Origin: Daphnia carinata
Taxonomy: Eukaryota
Assembly: GCF_022539665.2 (NCBI RefSeq)
Contig: NC_081332.1
Span: forward strand, 6,882,001 to 6,946,000
Length of the DNA: 64,000 bases
Direction of reading: 5' to 3'
Part shown: positions 1 to 14,445 of the stretch, piece by piece
Layout of the letters: each line of letters opens with the position of its first letter
Position numbering within the stretch: position 1 is the stretch's first letter
Position numbers and translations under genes: made by a program
Notes under the pieces: generated by a model
What the model was told of the DNA's origin: nothing
Database searches by the model: none
Seen by the model: only the letters and a program-made list of their open reading frames with translations

Positions 1-98
1 TTACCACACCAATATGGCCCCGTCCATAAATTTGAGAGAATTAAGAAAATTCATAGCGACACTCTTATTTACGTAAAAAATTCAAAAAATGTATGGTA

Positions 99-895
99 GG
101 GGAGACTGGGGTGTGTTCGGACACGTTTTGTTTTTCGGCCATATCTTCGACACAAATTACTCGATTTTCTTTTTGATTGTGCCAATATATTGCCTGCTTC
201 TTCCTTTACCGCCGTGATTTTTTTCAGATTTTTAGATGAAATTATGTGCCGTCCACAGAATTTTAAAGTTTTGAAAAATTTGAGGGAGGAGCCTGTGGTG
301 TTGGGTGAATTGGGACACAAGGGTGGGTGATGTGGGACAGCCTCAGTTTATACTTATAAAATACATTTTAAAAATTGTAATAAATCAGCAGGATACTACT
401 AGATGAACTCTTTATTTTAGAAAAGTTAGTTAGTTAGAAAGTAATTTTTTTACTAATTAGTGTAGCGCTATTTTTGTAGCTCCGCCTTTAACCCCACCCA
501 CTACTGTTCCATTTCAGCAGTCCCAACCAGCCCCAAAAAAAGTCTTTTGGTAAAAATACAATTTCGCTCAAAATAATAGTCCTAAAATAAATTTTTTTTT
601 GCAAACGATAGAGAAATGGATATACAACATGTTTGTATGTATAAAATTTTAACTACTTGTAGTATTGCGAAGAAAAACACTAAATGGCGGCGAAAAATTT
701 AAGGAAAAAAATACCGTTTTTTTATTTTCTAAATAACTTTTGTATTTTTTTACATATTCGCTTAAAACTTTTACCCTAAATAGAAAACATAAATACCTAT
801 AATATATAATTTTTTTGAAATTTTAAATTAATGATTACTATTTTTCCTCCAGCTGTCCCACTTCACCCACTGTCCCGGCTCACCCCAGTGTCCCG
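99..895. mobile_element. Non-autonomous TIR DNA transposon (MITE), Tc1/mariner-pogo-like
   Basis: Left end GGGGAGACTGGGGTG (99) and right end CACCCCAGTGTCCCG (881-895) are imperfect inverted repeats. TA flanks both ends (97-98, 896-897). Internal GGGACA/TGTCCC subterminal motifs at ~311, ~333, ~520 and ~854. No coding capacity. Confidence 0.75.
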
Positions 896-3700
896 TACCT
901 GGATAAGAACCATACTAGTATATGTACCAACATATAGTATACGAACCGCATTCCTACGTAACACGTAAAAAGAGCCCAAGTCGGAACGGCACTTAACTTC
1001 CCTTCAAACAACAACGAAATCTATCGTTAGGCATATGATTATGGTTCACCTATCAGGGGACAAGGCCACTGACGAGAACCCCAGGCTCCTTTTGTTTTTG
1101 TTTTAGCGCCAATGAGCCAGAGTGCTACAGAAAGGTACCGGTTCTTCTGGTGCAGCACCGCACTCTAGGACAATACCGCAACATATCAGAAATCCCCACA
1201 TTGAACTTCTCCGTTCTTCTTTTTTTCGGGGAGGGCATGCGGTGTCCCCGATTTCATGATGGCCGAGGCCGAGCCTCCTGGCGGCCGACATACGTACGGC
1301 GAATCAAGGCGGGATGATACTACCGCCATTGCATATCTGAATTATTATTTACTTTTTTAGTTTTGCATATTTATACTGTTTATTATCCGTTAAATGCATC
1401 TATTTTTGCCCTGCTTAATTTTGTTTCATATTTCAATTTATTGCTGTGAAAAACTACAATCGCTTCTGCTTGACACCACTTCTGTGTACAAACTCCATTT
1501 TATCAATTAATTTCTGTTATCTGTAACGAAACATGATCAAGCATTAAGGCCGGGTGCTACTAAACAGTGATATCTGGGGACTGGATCAATAGATAGACAA
1601 CAAACCATTAATAAATTGTAATAAGATAATTAATGCAGTAACAAATCACGAAAAAAAATGTAACAAAAAATGTGCCAAACTGGACCACTCCCCTCTTTTC
1701 ATAATATAAACGTAAATATGCAAATCTTACACAATTAAATTACATTCAATCGAGAAATGAAATGTGCAGAATGAGAAAGATAATCCACAAAACAAACATG
1801 CTTACGCAAATTACTTTTACATCGATAAACAAAACAATTTTCCGAAAAAAAAGTTCATAAATAAAAGAAACCAATTTTTTAGATCCTTAATATTGTCATA
1901 ACGCCGTGGCTTTAAATCCTCATAGTAGCTGAAAGAAGTTCACATCAGAAGATATTCGCACGAAGCCCCCCCCCCCGTATGTGTCAGACAAGTTGCGCCT
2001 TTCAACTATTGGCGCAACACAACCAGTACATCAATGAATAATCTAAAACAAGAAAAAAAGGAAAACAGTCATGCTAAAATATGTCTGGGTCGAAATTGTC
2101 TTCTGTCTTTCTATCATTATTATTCTAAGATACGCAGAAAGACATGAAGACAATTTGAAAGAAGGCGTCGAAAAGTTAAGATTGGCATAATCCGCAATCG
2201 CTTAAAAAACCGACGTCAACAGTTCAGGAAGAAATTCCATTGGAGACAATTAAGGGGAACTAAGAAAAAACTACACTTCATAAAAATAGTAATAATATTT
2301 TAAAACGATAATCTCATACCAGCTCTTGCTAGACTTGAAGTAACTGGCTTCCCTATGAAACGATGACATAAAAATCTTCGTCCGTCACTAGGGTTTTTAG
2401 TTCATCGAAATCATTTAAGTCATAGAAAAATCGGCTGCTATTTTCAGTCACTACATTATTTTTTGCCCCCCTTTCCGTTGACTTGTACCAGGTCTGCCTT
2501 TTAAAGAAAACTTACATGTAGTAAGCGGCAAAAGTTGACTAGCACTTCAAGCAATCTCATGTTTTAATTGTTTTCTGACTGGCATTTCTTCTTAGATTTG
2601 CTAGTGCGAACAAATACCATGACGATTTAGGTCCACTTTTTAAAAACAGGAAAATGTGGTTTTCCAACGACGTGAATGAAAATATGCGTACGGTAGTTAA
2701 CATGACAGAATTTCGTTGGTTTTCTGGCGTTCCATATTCAACGAAAAATCGCCAGAGCCAATCCCAATTGTTGTATTCCCTATCCACATAAATAGTCAGT
2801 GTTTAACTTTCTTTGCCGTACAAATGATTCATTCGACAAGATCATTGATTTTATGTTCCATTGCCACTAATACTTCCCTTGAACTTGAATCCTTGATTGA
2901 ATAATTGTCACCTTGAACTTTCCTATGTCTCGCATTTTCCACCATCAGCTGCTTCTTTGGGTTGACTTTGTTAGACTTCACTGATTATTTATTATTCGTG
3001 TGAGATGTCTCGTTAGCTCAGGTCATTATTAACACACTGAAAAACATGTGGAGTTGGAGTGTCTTAAAGAACTGCCATCCGTGATCCAATATTACTCAAA
3101 CAGAAGCTAACTATCGGGGTGAAATTTCTATGATCCCCCAAAACCAATGAGGGTTTCAATTGCTAGGCACAGGATTTTACTAAATGCCTTCCTAAAAGTC
3201 CTACACATCTGTCTCGTAAAGAAGGGCTCTCGGGTTTTGGTTGCGCTAGCTTATGGGAATAGGTTAAATTGCCTGGGGGAGTCCCATTTCCTCTATCTGA
3301 TTTTCTAAATCAAATACAGATGGCGTTGGGGGGGGGGGGGACTGGTAAAGCAGGCTGTTGCTGTGTTGCACAAGTGATGCTATGCCGAATAGATAAAGGA
3401 CCGACTGCAATTTCGAATCTGGATTCTTATCCGGGTTTATAAATGCCATCGTCCACCATTCACGTTTTATCAAGATATGTTGATAAGGCGACAAAGGGAA
3501 ACTTTGGGACAAGGTACGTCATAGAGAGGCACACAGGAAAATGCAATTAGTTCGGGATTAAGATAATCGGGGAGCAGAACAAGTACATTTTAGTCCCCTT
3601 GACGTGACTATCCTTCATCGTGCGCGAAAGAAAAGCCTTGTGGAAAGCATTCGACAAACGCGTTTTTTTTTGTGTGTGTGTTGTTCGTTCTTTGAATGCC

Positions 3701-6700
3701 ATGAAAGGTGACTACATTTTGGTAACGGGACTGCTGATTGCTGCGCTCGCCAATCTGCCGGAAATCCAATCTCAAGGTAACACCTTATGTGTTTTCTTAA
3801 ATATACCTACACGATAACATATCCCATTTATAAATTTCTCGTTTGAACGCGTGTGAAGCAGGAAAAGTGCTTTTTTCCTCTGAGTTTTAGTTTCAGACTT
3901 TCAAGGGGTTAATTTTGAGAATTTAGATAGGCAAATTTATCAAAGAAACCCCTTCAAAGCATCTCCTTGAATTCACTGTGAAAAATTATGAGTAAAAAGT
4001 TGTTAAAAAATTCAAAAAAGAAAGGCAAAATTTTAATGACCTAGTTGTATAAAGTTTAAATGTCATACTTTTTTACTCAAAGTGATATATATGGCCAATG
4101 ATTTTCAGAATGCGCATTTTATGGAGAAAACATAAAGGAAAACCAAACTAATGTGAACATCACCGAAACTATACCAAAAGACACAGTCATCTTAAGTGTA
4201 ACAACATCTGCGGGATGTAATATCTTCTCTTATATAATGTCTCACGTTGGCAGAAAATGTTTGTATTAAACAAATTAATCCAATTTTTAGACTTGAACTG
4301 CTCGGATCTCTCTTCGAGTTCGTTGGAGTTTTCGAAATATATAGGATACAGACACACTCCGACTGCGACTGCAAACAAAACGCTGGAATTGTTTATGGCT
4401 CAAGCGATTGGTGACGACCTTGACAACGGCGACTTAAATATTGCGGTAAGATAGTAAGGAATTTCTTTTTAGACACGGTTTTAGCAAGGTTTTGCAAGAA
4501 AAAAAAAGAACACTGTCGCAGCGCTTCCGACCCCCAGTCTGTTGCATGGCCCTGTCAAAAACAGCGTAAGCTTCGCCCCATTTCCGGGTTGAAGCTCTGC
4601 CGGTAAAAAACTGTGTTGTCTAGTCCTGGACCATCGCTTCGTGATTGTTACAGTAATTTTGTAAGCATCTAAGTCCGAGAAATTTGCCATCCAAAATTAG
4701 TTGTTTGTTATAACTTACAGACTTTAAAATATCAATTCCATCTGAGGACTTCCTTGCGCTATATTTTATTTCACATATAAGCATTTTATTAATATTTACC
4801 ATGTATTTTTTTTGTTCCTCGATCTTTGTGACAAAGTATGTTTTGTCGTTTCTCCCAGTTTTTAGTCCTGTTTGAATGACATAATTCTTCAAAAGTCGGT
4901 TCTGCTACTTATTTGACAACGAGTATAGTAATCGTTTTCCATTTTCTGCCATTTATTCGCAGGAGCAAAAATATGCATTGCTGATAGGCCAATGCAAGCT
5001 CTACTGCCAACAAACCACCACCAGATTATCCGTACGTCAAAATTAATTTCATTTACCGTCTTGAAAGGTGATAACACTCATGTTTGACACTTCGTAAATA
5101 ATTTAGGTTGCCGTGACTATTGAACCCGAAAATACCCAGACACCGATATTCAGCCAGAATTCGGCCCATTTGACTTTGGACGAAAACTATCCCATCGGAT
5201 TAGACTTTAGCGATCTATTGATCGTTAATGAGCAGCGGTTAAAAGTCTCTGATAAGGACCTCCCTCTCGAAGAACTCACCTTTGATGTTAGTGATTCACG
5301 ATTCAAGGCATTCCCGCCGACATTTCGATACTACAATGATTCCAAAAATCATTTACGTGTCGAGTACGAACCACGCATTGCTGTTAATCAGCCGTTGAAC
5401 GCCGAAGATAGTCCTATCATCTTTAATTTAATCGCCCAAGTATATGGTCTATTAACGATAACTTAGTTTTGTCGGACAATTAATAAGCTCGTGTGCTTTC
5501 CCGCTTCTTTGCCGTGTCCCGTTCTAAAGAATAACCAAACTGAAAGTCTCTTCCCGATTACAATCGACATATCTCCGAACGATATGCGCGACCCAGAGTT
5601 TGTATGGCCATACTACACTTCTACAATTTCAAATTCTCAAGTAAACATTTTTCTTCCTTCTCCATCCAATGAAATATTTGACAAGTCTTTTACGTTGCCT
5701 TTTTTATTCTTTATGTTATTGTGTTGTTTATTGTTAGTTCACAGGATTGCTGACAATCAAGCAGGGAAATATTCTCGCATTCGACGGTGACAGAAAAATC
5801 AATCAGACGATCCGTTATGAAATTACCGACAAAGGTACGACTTCCATTCAAATCCCACAACTGATGTTTCAATATTTACTGTATATTACTTAAGATGTCG
5901 AATCAATTGTCATCTAGGTGGTCTCGAAGTACGTATAAGGAACCAACAGCCAGGTAAAGGTGTTCCAATAGAAATAGAACTAACGCTGTCTGTGGAAGGC
6001 TCGGCAACCGACAAAATGCGTTACGTCGTTATTAAGGTACATTGGTATTCACGCATTAAAATCCTGTCTGCGATGCACGTTCACAGCTTGTAACGCCATT
6101 CAATTACCTCAGGCGACACAAGTAGATGACGTAAATCGATACGAAACCGTCGTTCTCGCCGTAGAGCTCCCGCAAACCGTAGTGACGACGCCAGTTCCAA
6201 CAACCCAGCCAACTTGTCCTCCTTGCCCGACCTCCAGCACAGCCACCGTGCCAACGACGACCACGGCAATACCATGTACTACTCCAACCCCACCGACTTG
6301 TGCGCCCTGTTCAACGGTGACGACAATCTCAACTACGTGCCCGACGTTCGATCCCACTACAGAATGTCCGACAATCAGCACAACAGACTGTTCCGCTTCT
6401 TCGACAGAGGCTACCCAGACTACCCTGTATACAAGCACGGCCTCATCTACGTATCCTAGCAGTTCTCCAGTTACGTCAACTACAACGGAAGGTAGAGCTA
6501 CCCCTTATCCTTTTCACGAGACTTCCCTCTGTCTGCTTGCGTTCGAACACCGTTTTTAGCTTTTGTCGACTCAATGCGTATGATCGAAAACCCATTGGGT
6601 TTCTCCCTTTTCTGTATGATTGCTCAGCAGGAACGACAAGTTGCAGTTGCCCTACGTGTCCCGATGAGACCGTAACGGCCTGTCCAACAACACAATGCCC

Positions 6701-9700
6701 AACGCATCCGACAGAATGCCCAACATGTCCGACAGCAACTACCTTAGATTCATCTTCAGCTTCTACAGAAAATCCTTTGTCGACGGGTAAGCTCATAGAG
6801 TTCGGGCATTTATGAGCAATGCTTGTTTTGGGAATGCCAAAATCTTTGAGCAAGATTGTCCAGATTAGGTATTATGTTAATTAAGGTCATGAGCAGATCT
6901 TCGAGGTCCCAAAGGCATTTCAGATAAAAAAAAACACGAAAACAAATAAGGAAAAAAGAGGACCTGTGCAACGATTTACAACAGCGAGATACATGGGTCG
7001 TTGCATGTACTGTTTTAGCAACACACGTCAGCTCCGGCTTCTTATCCGACACATTGACTCGTGGCCTTAAAAACTTGCCAAACATACCCCTAACTAGGTG
7101 GTGACGCAATCACTACAACTATGACATCACCTAGAAAGCGATATTAACTTTTCCTTTTTTTTTTTAAATCTATAATCTCCTCTCTTTTTCCTCCATTAGT
7201 AACTTCAAACCCAACGACTTACTCAGAACTGACGACTGAAAGTTCTTCGACATGCGACTGTTCCACAACCCCGTCGACAGGTATAGCCCTCAGCTACTTT
7301 CTACGTTTAAAAAGCTTGACAACATACGTTTTACCAAACGATGACGCAATGACTGTAACTAGGTGTGACTTTGCATAGCAAACGGCGGTTTTTTATTTCT
7401 GTGTTTGATGCCCTTTCTTTTTCTTCCGTTGGTAGTTTCGCCTTCATCCCCAGTGACTTGCCCCGAATCAACGACTGCCAGTACTTCGACATGCGACTGT
7501 TCCACCACCCCGTCAACAAGTACAATCCTTGGACGCTATCTGTATTTTAATGCCATTAGATATGCCACAACATACGTTTTATATGATGACGCAATGCCAC
7601 AATTATGCGTAACGTCGTCAAAACAGCTATGGCGCGAAATATTTTAAATTCTTTTTTTCTTTTTCGTTCTCTTTTTCTTCCAACTTCAACCTCATACCCA
7701 ATAGGTTGCCCAGAAGCGACACCTACCATTACTTTACCCTGCGAATGTCCGACAGGTATAGGCCTCAGCTGTTGTCTATGTTTAACTTCTTTTTTTTATT
7801 TGTGTCCTACAACGATAGCTATTCATTTCCCCACTGAAACGGATGCTGAACGCACTTTTGTTGTTTTCTCAGCAGTTACGTGCCCAACAACCTCTACGCC
7901 GACCCCAGGAAGTCCTACGGTGCATTTCGACAAACAGCAATACGCGTCCGAATTGGTGGAAAACTCGCCCGCGCAAACTTTGGTTGTCAGTTTGAATGCC
8001 GAGAGCAGCTCGATGGACGAACAACCGGCATACAGCTTCGCGGAAAGTAAAGGAACATTAGGCCAGGCCTTGACGTTCAATGATTACAGTATACTTAAAT
8101 GATTGAGTGTTTTTTTTGCGTCTATGAAAGGTTACGACGCCACGTATTTCAGTGTCGATTCCAAAACGGGAGTTGTCACCACCGCACGATCTCTACCAAT
8201 TGGCGATTATACTTTGGAGGCCATTGCCGAAATTCGTAGTGGTGCCAAAGATTATACTCGGGTAAGAATTTGCCTCCAAGTGAAGAGAAAAAAACAAACG
8301 AAACAAACTAAACAACATATTTATTTAAAGATCGTCGTCTCATCGGTCATGGGAACCTTGTGCAACGGAACCCAGTTCAGCTCACCTCTGTACGAATTTC
8401 CTGTTGCTGAGCGAACAACCGGAATCGTTGGTCAAGTAGAACTGCGATCGACCGAGGACACCGTGTACGATTTGACTATCACATCATGCAACCCGCCGTC
8501 CATGATCGGTAACCTTCAAATGCCCTAAATACCCCCCGACCCTGCTCAGAAACATCCCAGTTTGACTTTTTAAGCGTTTTAGGTGACTTTGACGTGAAGC
8601 CAAATGGAACACTGGTCGTACTTAGGCCATTCGGTTGGACAGCCACGCTTCTGAAAATTACGATCACAATCACAGCCACAGGCCAACGCAATGTGAGACT
8701 ATCGCCGATTTCGACAATAGTCAATCTCGATGTTTTGGATATCAACGAAGCACCCGAATTCGTTGGCTATGGTACTTCTGTGGTGGTTGGCTACCCAGAG
8801 CGCACCTACTTTGATCCTTCAGTTCAAATGCCACTCTACACAGTTAAGGTAAACCCCCACAATTTTTAATTTTATTTCTCTTTTTTTTTTTTTTTTTTAA
8901 ACTGCCCTACTTAACTTGCGTCACAACATTTTTCAGGCATTCGATCCCGACAGCCAAGAAAACGCTAGTCTGACTTATCATTTGGCCAACGAATTCGAAT
9001 ATTTCGATATCGATGTGCTGACTGGGTCATTGTTTGTCAGAGGTCTCGACAGCTTGGATTCGACTTCTAGCCGCACGGTTCAAGTCCTCGCCAGAGATAA
9101 GCACGGCTTGCAGGACAGCCTAAGCATAACTGTACGGTTATCGATCAAAATGCCGCTATCACCGTTCGGACATTTATTGACTGTCTTGTATTTCAATTTT
9201 GATGCCGATGCTTCTATTTTCAGGTGAAATCTTTGGGTGAAGATTTCATCGCATTCATGAAAGCTAAAAGCGACACCGACGTCTTGACGGCAGACACGGT
9301 CGCTAGCGATTTGAGCCGCATTTTAGGCTATCAGACGGTCGTTTTGCGCATTGAAAAGGGTCCGGATTCCGGCGCTAGTGTCCGACAACTACCTAATGGT
9401 TACGCCTACAGCATAACTTTTTACGCTGTAAACCACACGGCATTCATCGCGAGGGAAGAAATTGTTAAGTGAGTTTGATCAGTTCCATTCGTGATGGGGA
9501 TAAAGATCATCAGATTTTGATTGTAAATCTAAAAGGAAATTGGATCAAGCCAATACTAATGGCTTGAGTTGGACCATCGAAGGAAGTTTAGCCGCACCAC
9601 TAGAATATGAAGTTGACACTCTTGTTGACAACTTAACTGCGGAAATGCAAGGTTACGAAATCGCCACTATTGTCTTGTCAACATTATTTGGAGTGACACT

Positions 9701-10637
9701 CCTCCTTATTGTAGCGTACATCATTTACACCAGAAAATTGTACGGGTCTAGTAATCGACGACGTCGAATCTAAATGTGTCATCCTAAATTTATGTTTTCT
9801 GTAATGATGTTGTAGCGAAACGAAACGTCCCTGGAGCAAAGCTGTCCACGCCGCGTCTCTGGAAATAGACAAGAAACACTGGGATCAGCGCTCGTAAGTT
9901 CCATACGTGATCCTGTGGCAAAAATAGGAGACAATGTTTGCATTTCAAAAGCTTTTCATCAAATTCTTACCTCATCTTAGATTCGCCCAGTCGAGTGGGA
10001 TGGATGACGAGCAAATATTGGAGCCGGAAATCGGTAGCTTTAACAGGTGACGTACCGTTTCGTGACAAATTTTATTTCGATTCAAATTCAGAATTAGACA
10101 TGACGAACGCGTCAATTGTTAATCTATAGCTCACTGTCCGGATTAAGCAACGGAGGAGCGAGACCATCACCTACCATTCGCTTCGTCACGGGAAAAACAT
10201 TTGACAACGACGTTGAACAAGCGCAATCACCTACAGAAGAAGAGGCCTATTGCCCTCCAACCCCCCTTCCGAAGAAAAGCATTTTAAAAGATTCAAATGC
10301 CACGGACAAGAACAACAAACAGGTATATTGAGAAAAACGCAAAAATAAAAATAAATCGATAACCGGTTCGGACGGTCAATCATGACCTACAACGTATTTG
10401 GCTAGAAAAACTGCTCATTTCCGATTGACATTGGAATAATTTTATCGATGCTTATAGAGGACGGACGGCGATAGCAAGTTAGAGGACACTAGTGTTGGCG
10501 TCAAGTTCAACTCGACTCCGGAAGTGATTGAAGTGGCTGCCACCTCGTCTGGCCCTCCATCGCAAGGGATAGATTTGTCTACCGAGAGTAATGACGCCGT
10601 TGACGACGACAACGATTTACTGATTGAGGAATTCTAA
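3701..10637 (+). CDS. Multi-exon type-I membrane cadherin-related protein with a central Cys/Thr/Ser/Pro-rich mucin-like region
   Basis: Signal-peptide exon 3701-3776 (MKGDYILVTGLLIAALANLPEIQSQ). Cadherin motifs (DISPNDMRDPEF, PTVHFDKQQYASELVENSP, LDVLDINEAPEF, AFDPDS, YFDIDVLTGSL). TM helix IATIVLSTLFGVTLLLIVAYIIY (~9660-9728). Acidic tail ending DLLIEEF* at 10637. GT-AG junctions throughout; exon structure between 4450 and 5100 is not resolved. Confidence 0.85.
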
Positions 10638-12732
10638 ATCCTGTAAAATATGACTATAATGAATTTTTAACGTTTTCTACTGTAATCGTTGACTATGTTA
10701 TACGTGCGTTATGTTATTGGGTGGTCTTAGATCTTTCCGATTTTCGTAGACAAGTTACGTCATTACTACTATTGTTACAGCATCATTTTTTACTCGATAT
10801 GAACTATATCTTTTACGGGATAATTATACTTACATAGCAGAGAGACAAGCTACTGGGAACAGAGCCGCAGAACCTTTGTCAATTTGCCGCCATATATGTG
10901 AATTTAATCAAATAAAATATGCCGATTAATAACCGTGACTGCCTAACTATGGCAAATGAACGTGACGTTACTTGGCAACACGAATTTTATTGCATGACTG
11001 CGGCACAACTAACAGGAGGATGAAAGGAAAATGAGCTTCAGTCATGTCAAGGCTGTACTGCCCATTCCGGCATTATTATGTCTGTAGATTGTGCAATGAA
11101 TTTCGCAACACTGTTCGAGTGAGAATACATTTTCGGCAAGTTACAGTCCTCAGCACTACAAATTGCGGACGTCCGGCCAAGGGGGCCAACAGTAGGACGC
11201 CAGATTCAACTAGGTTAGATGAGTGGCGACATTCAAAATGCACATAAAGCAGTAAATGGTATCAACGCTCTTTGAATTGTTGGTTACAGCCAGAAAGCAT
11301 ACAGCATAAATGTGAGCTTCGACAAGCCAACAAGCGAAATTATAAATCAGTCAGAAATGTGTAAGGAGAAGAGAAATGTCAACGTCAGGCCGGCGCCCAG
11401 CGATGTGTCCGTCTGCTGCTTGACTGCTCACTAGTCACTCCTCACCCCTGCTTACCAGCCGCCTTCCTCGTTTGCTGACATATCTTCTCTCTCATGTCGT
11501 CAATCAGTTACATTTTCGTGCGAAGTCTTCATTTGTTGTTTTGCCATCGTTCCCACCATCAGGCAACGAGAAGTGCAACCACCAAGACCACACTCTTCAC
11601 CTCCTGTCTCTCGCATAAAACATGCGTAGACAGGCACAGGCCGTCCCCCTCACCCCTCCCTCCTCCGCACGACGATGCGTCTCCATTACCAAATGCTAAT
11701 GATAGACATTACGGCCCTCCTCCTGAAAAAAAAAATAAATAAAAGAAAAAAAAAAGAAAAAAAGGGAAAAAAAAAAAGAAGAAAATAGTCGACTCAAATA
11801 AAACGTGTGTGTGTGTCTCTCTACATGTCTATATGTCTAATGTACAGACAGTATATATTAAAAATAAGAAAAAAAAATCAAGGACAAAAGCGACCTCAAC
11901 AAGAGGATGTCGTTCCGGCCCCTTCGGTGATGGATTGATTCGAAGCTTGGAAAATAACCCAAAACGAGGGACAGCACAGCTACCTACCTATGTATACCTA
12001 TCTATCTTTATCTCTTTCCCTCTCTCTCTCTCTCTCTTTCTCTATTTCACTCTCTATCCATCTAGCCATATGGCCTATCCATCTATACACATTTAGTAAC
12101 TTTCAAATTCTCCATGCGAGACGCTCAAGTTTCATTACTGACTCGTAAATTTTCTGTTCCTTCCAACCAAAACAAAACACTATAGCTGGCATAGACGAAG
12201 ACGAGCAAAAGGGATAGAAGGCAAGGTGACTACAATGTCTGGGGTGGAAACGGGAAACAACTCTTGGCATTTCATGGTCCATCACTGCAGGAGCTCTACG
12301 GACCACGATCTACTTGATTTAAAGCTGTCAGAGCCAAAAATAAAAATACAAAAAAAAAATAAATAAATAAATCTCATTCTTCTTCACCAAAAAGAAAACC
12401 CGGAGCTTTTTTTTTTTTTTTTTTTTTGTCGTCCTGTCTTTTTTTATTTATTTATTTATTATTATTTAGTTTAGTTTTTTTTTTCTTATGTCTATTTTTG
12501 TTTTGGTTCCTTCTTTTCTCTATCGCTCTCGTGGTGTTTTGCCTCTGAAAAAGAATGCATGACAAATGGTGAGTGGTGGAAATAGCCCGAAGACAAGGAG
12601 CGAGGCTCGTGCCCAGCGTTTGATGAGGTGTGTTTCTCGTCTTGGACCTTTTGGGGCTTTGATTGATATCGACTCCTCCCTCGCCAGTTGAAATGGTATA
12701 TATACATGTACATATATAGTAGACTACGCTTA

Positions 12733-12736
<4 letters not shown>

Positions 12737-12778
<42 letters not shown>
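12737..12778. repeat. (TA)n microsatellite
   Basis: Uninterrupted TA dinucleotide run. Further (CT)n, (GT)n and poly-A/T tracts are spread through 11.7-17.5 kb. Confidence 0.95.
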
Positions 12779-12779
<1 letters not shown>

Positions 12780-13959
12780 TCAAAATAATTATACATTGTA
12801 AATAAAAACATTATACAAGCCCCACGAGCAGGAGCAGCACTAGTTGAGGCCATTACTCTCTCTCTCTCTCTCTCTCTTTTTCTTTCTTTTCTTTTTCGTA
12901 GCTAACGTAGCCAGAAAGCAACAGCCAAAACAAGACTGCAAGTAATAAATTATTCTTTTTCCCGTTTGTATTAAAAGAAAGATAATGATTATGAATGATA
13001 GAAGGGGATGGGGGGACAGTGTGCATTGGTTGTGTTGATTTGTTTTTGTTTTGTTTTTTAATAGTGTGTATTTTTTTTTTCTTTTCTGTTTTATTTTGAT
13101 GGAAAGAAAACTTGGCCAACCCACAAAAGAAGTTTTCCTATCTGCTCTAGTACTACCATCTCTCTGGTCAGACTCTTTTCTTGATTTCCCAAGGCTCCCT
13201 CATTCGATGCTTTTCATTCTTTTTCCCTTTGAAAAAATATCGTTTAAACCTTTACTGTTCTCCACGAAAAATGTATAAATTTATTAACGTCTTCCTTTTT
13301 TTTTCGTCTATTTTTTTTTCTTGTCTTTTTCTTTCCTGGTTTCTTCATCTTGAGATTCTTAACGTTCTCATGGTCTAACCTGTCGGGGGTCGCCACCTCC
13401 CACTACCAAGCACACCGGCCCCCTCCTTCCCTCTCGGTTGCTCGCTCTGTTTTTGTCAGAGTGGGCACCCCAGCATGAAACCAGCTACGGCAACAGGTTG
13501 TTTGGAGGAAGAATCAGAAAAAAAAAAAAATAAAACGATGAAGATGGTGAAGAAAAAGAGAAGTGGAAGAAGTAGAAAAAGAAGCAGAGAGGTATGAAGG
13601 TGGGAAGAGAATAGAACGAAGTTGGTGAAGATAGAAGAGATGGAAAGAGAAAGAGAGAGGTAGATAAAAAAAAAAAAAGGAAAAGACAAAAAAAAAAAAA
13701 AATAAATATAAAAAAATAAATATAAAAAAAAAAAAAAAAAACAGAAAGAAAAGAAAAAAGAACCAAAGAGATAACCTCAAGCTGCTTTGAATGTTGGCCT
13801 CTCAGTTGAGGTTTCGCCCTTGGCGCGACGAGATATAGCTTTATTTTCCCGTCTATTGGCAATCCCAGAGAAGCGTTTGTACGTGAACCTTCGGCATCCT
13901 TGCGTGTATGCGAGAACGAGCCTAGTTGTCGAGTCTTCCTCTCACCCACTCTCCGTCTT

Positions 13960-13990
<31 letters not shown>

Positions 13991-14445
13991 CGTTTCTCCC
14001 TTTATTTTTCTTGGTGTGTCTTTTAGGTGTGCCTAAACCTCTTTTCTCGCTCAATCCTGGATGCGTGATCTAGCGTGTCCGTGTGTTTCCGTGAGTGTTA
14101 TAGTGTTACCTCAACTGACCGGGTCACAATTTGTGTTGCACTGCCATACCGGACCGACGGAACAAATAGTTAATTTTTTTTTTTTTTTTTTAAATTGCTG
14201 TTGAGTGTGTGTGTGTGAGTGTGTATGTGAAGGGGATTTTGGCGCGCTTGAGTTGGCCCGCTTCGTCTTCAAGCGGAAACGGAAGTTTCACTTGCGCCAT
14301 CCACTGCTTCTAACGACATGCTGAAGAATCAATATGAAAGTATGAGATCGTCACGTTGAGAAGCAACAGGAAGTGTATAGAATTTTTGACGGCTGTTTTC
14401 AACCCAGTTCGACAGATTCATTGAAAATAAGGGCGCTTGCGAATC

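Noticed and set aside
1000..3512. Short ORFs upstream of the cadherin gene
   Set aside because: No coherent exon chain or recognisable motif; possibly old TE debris.
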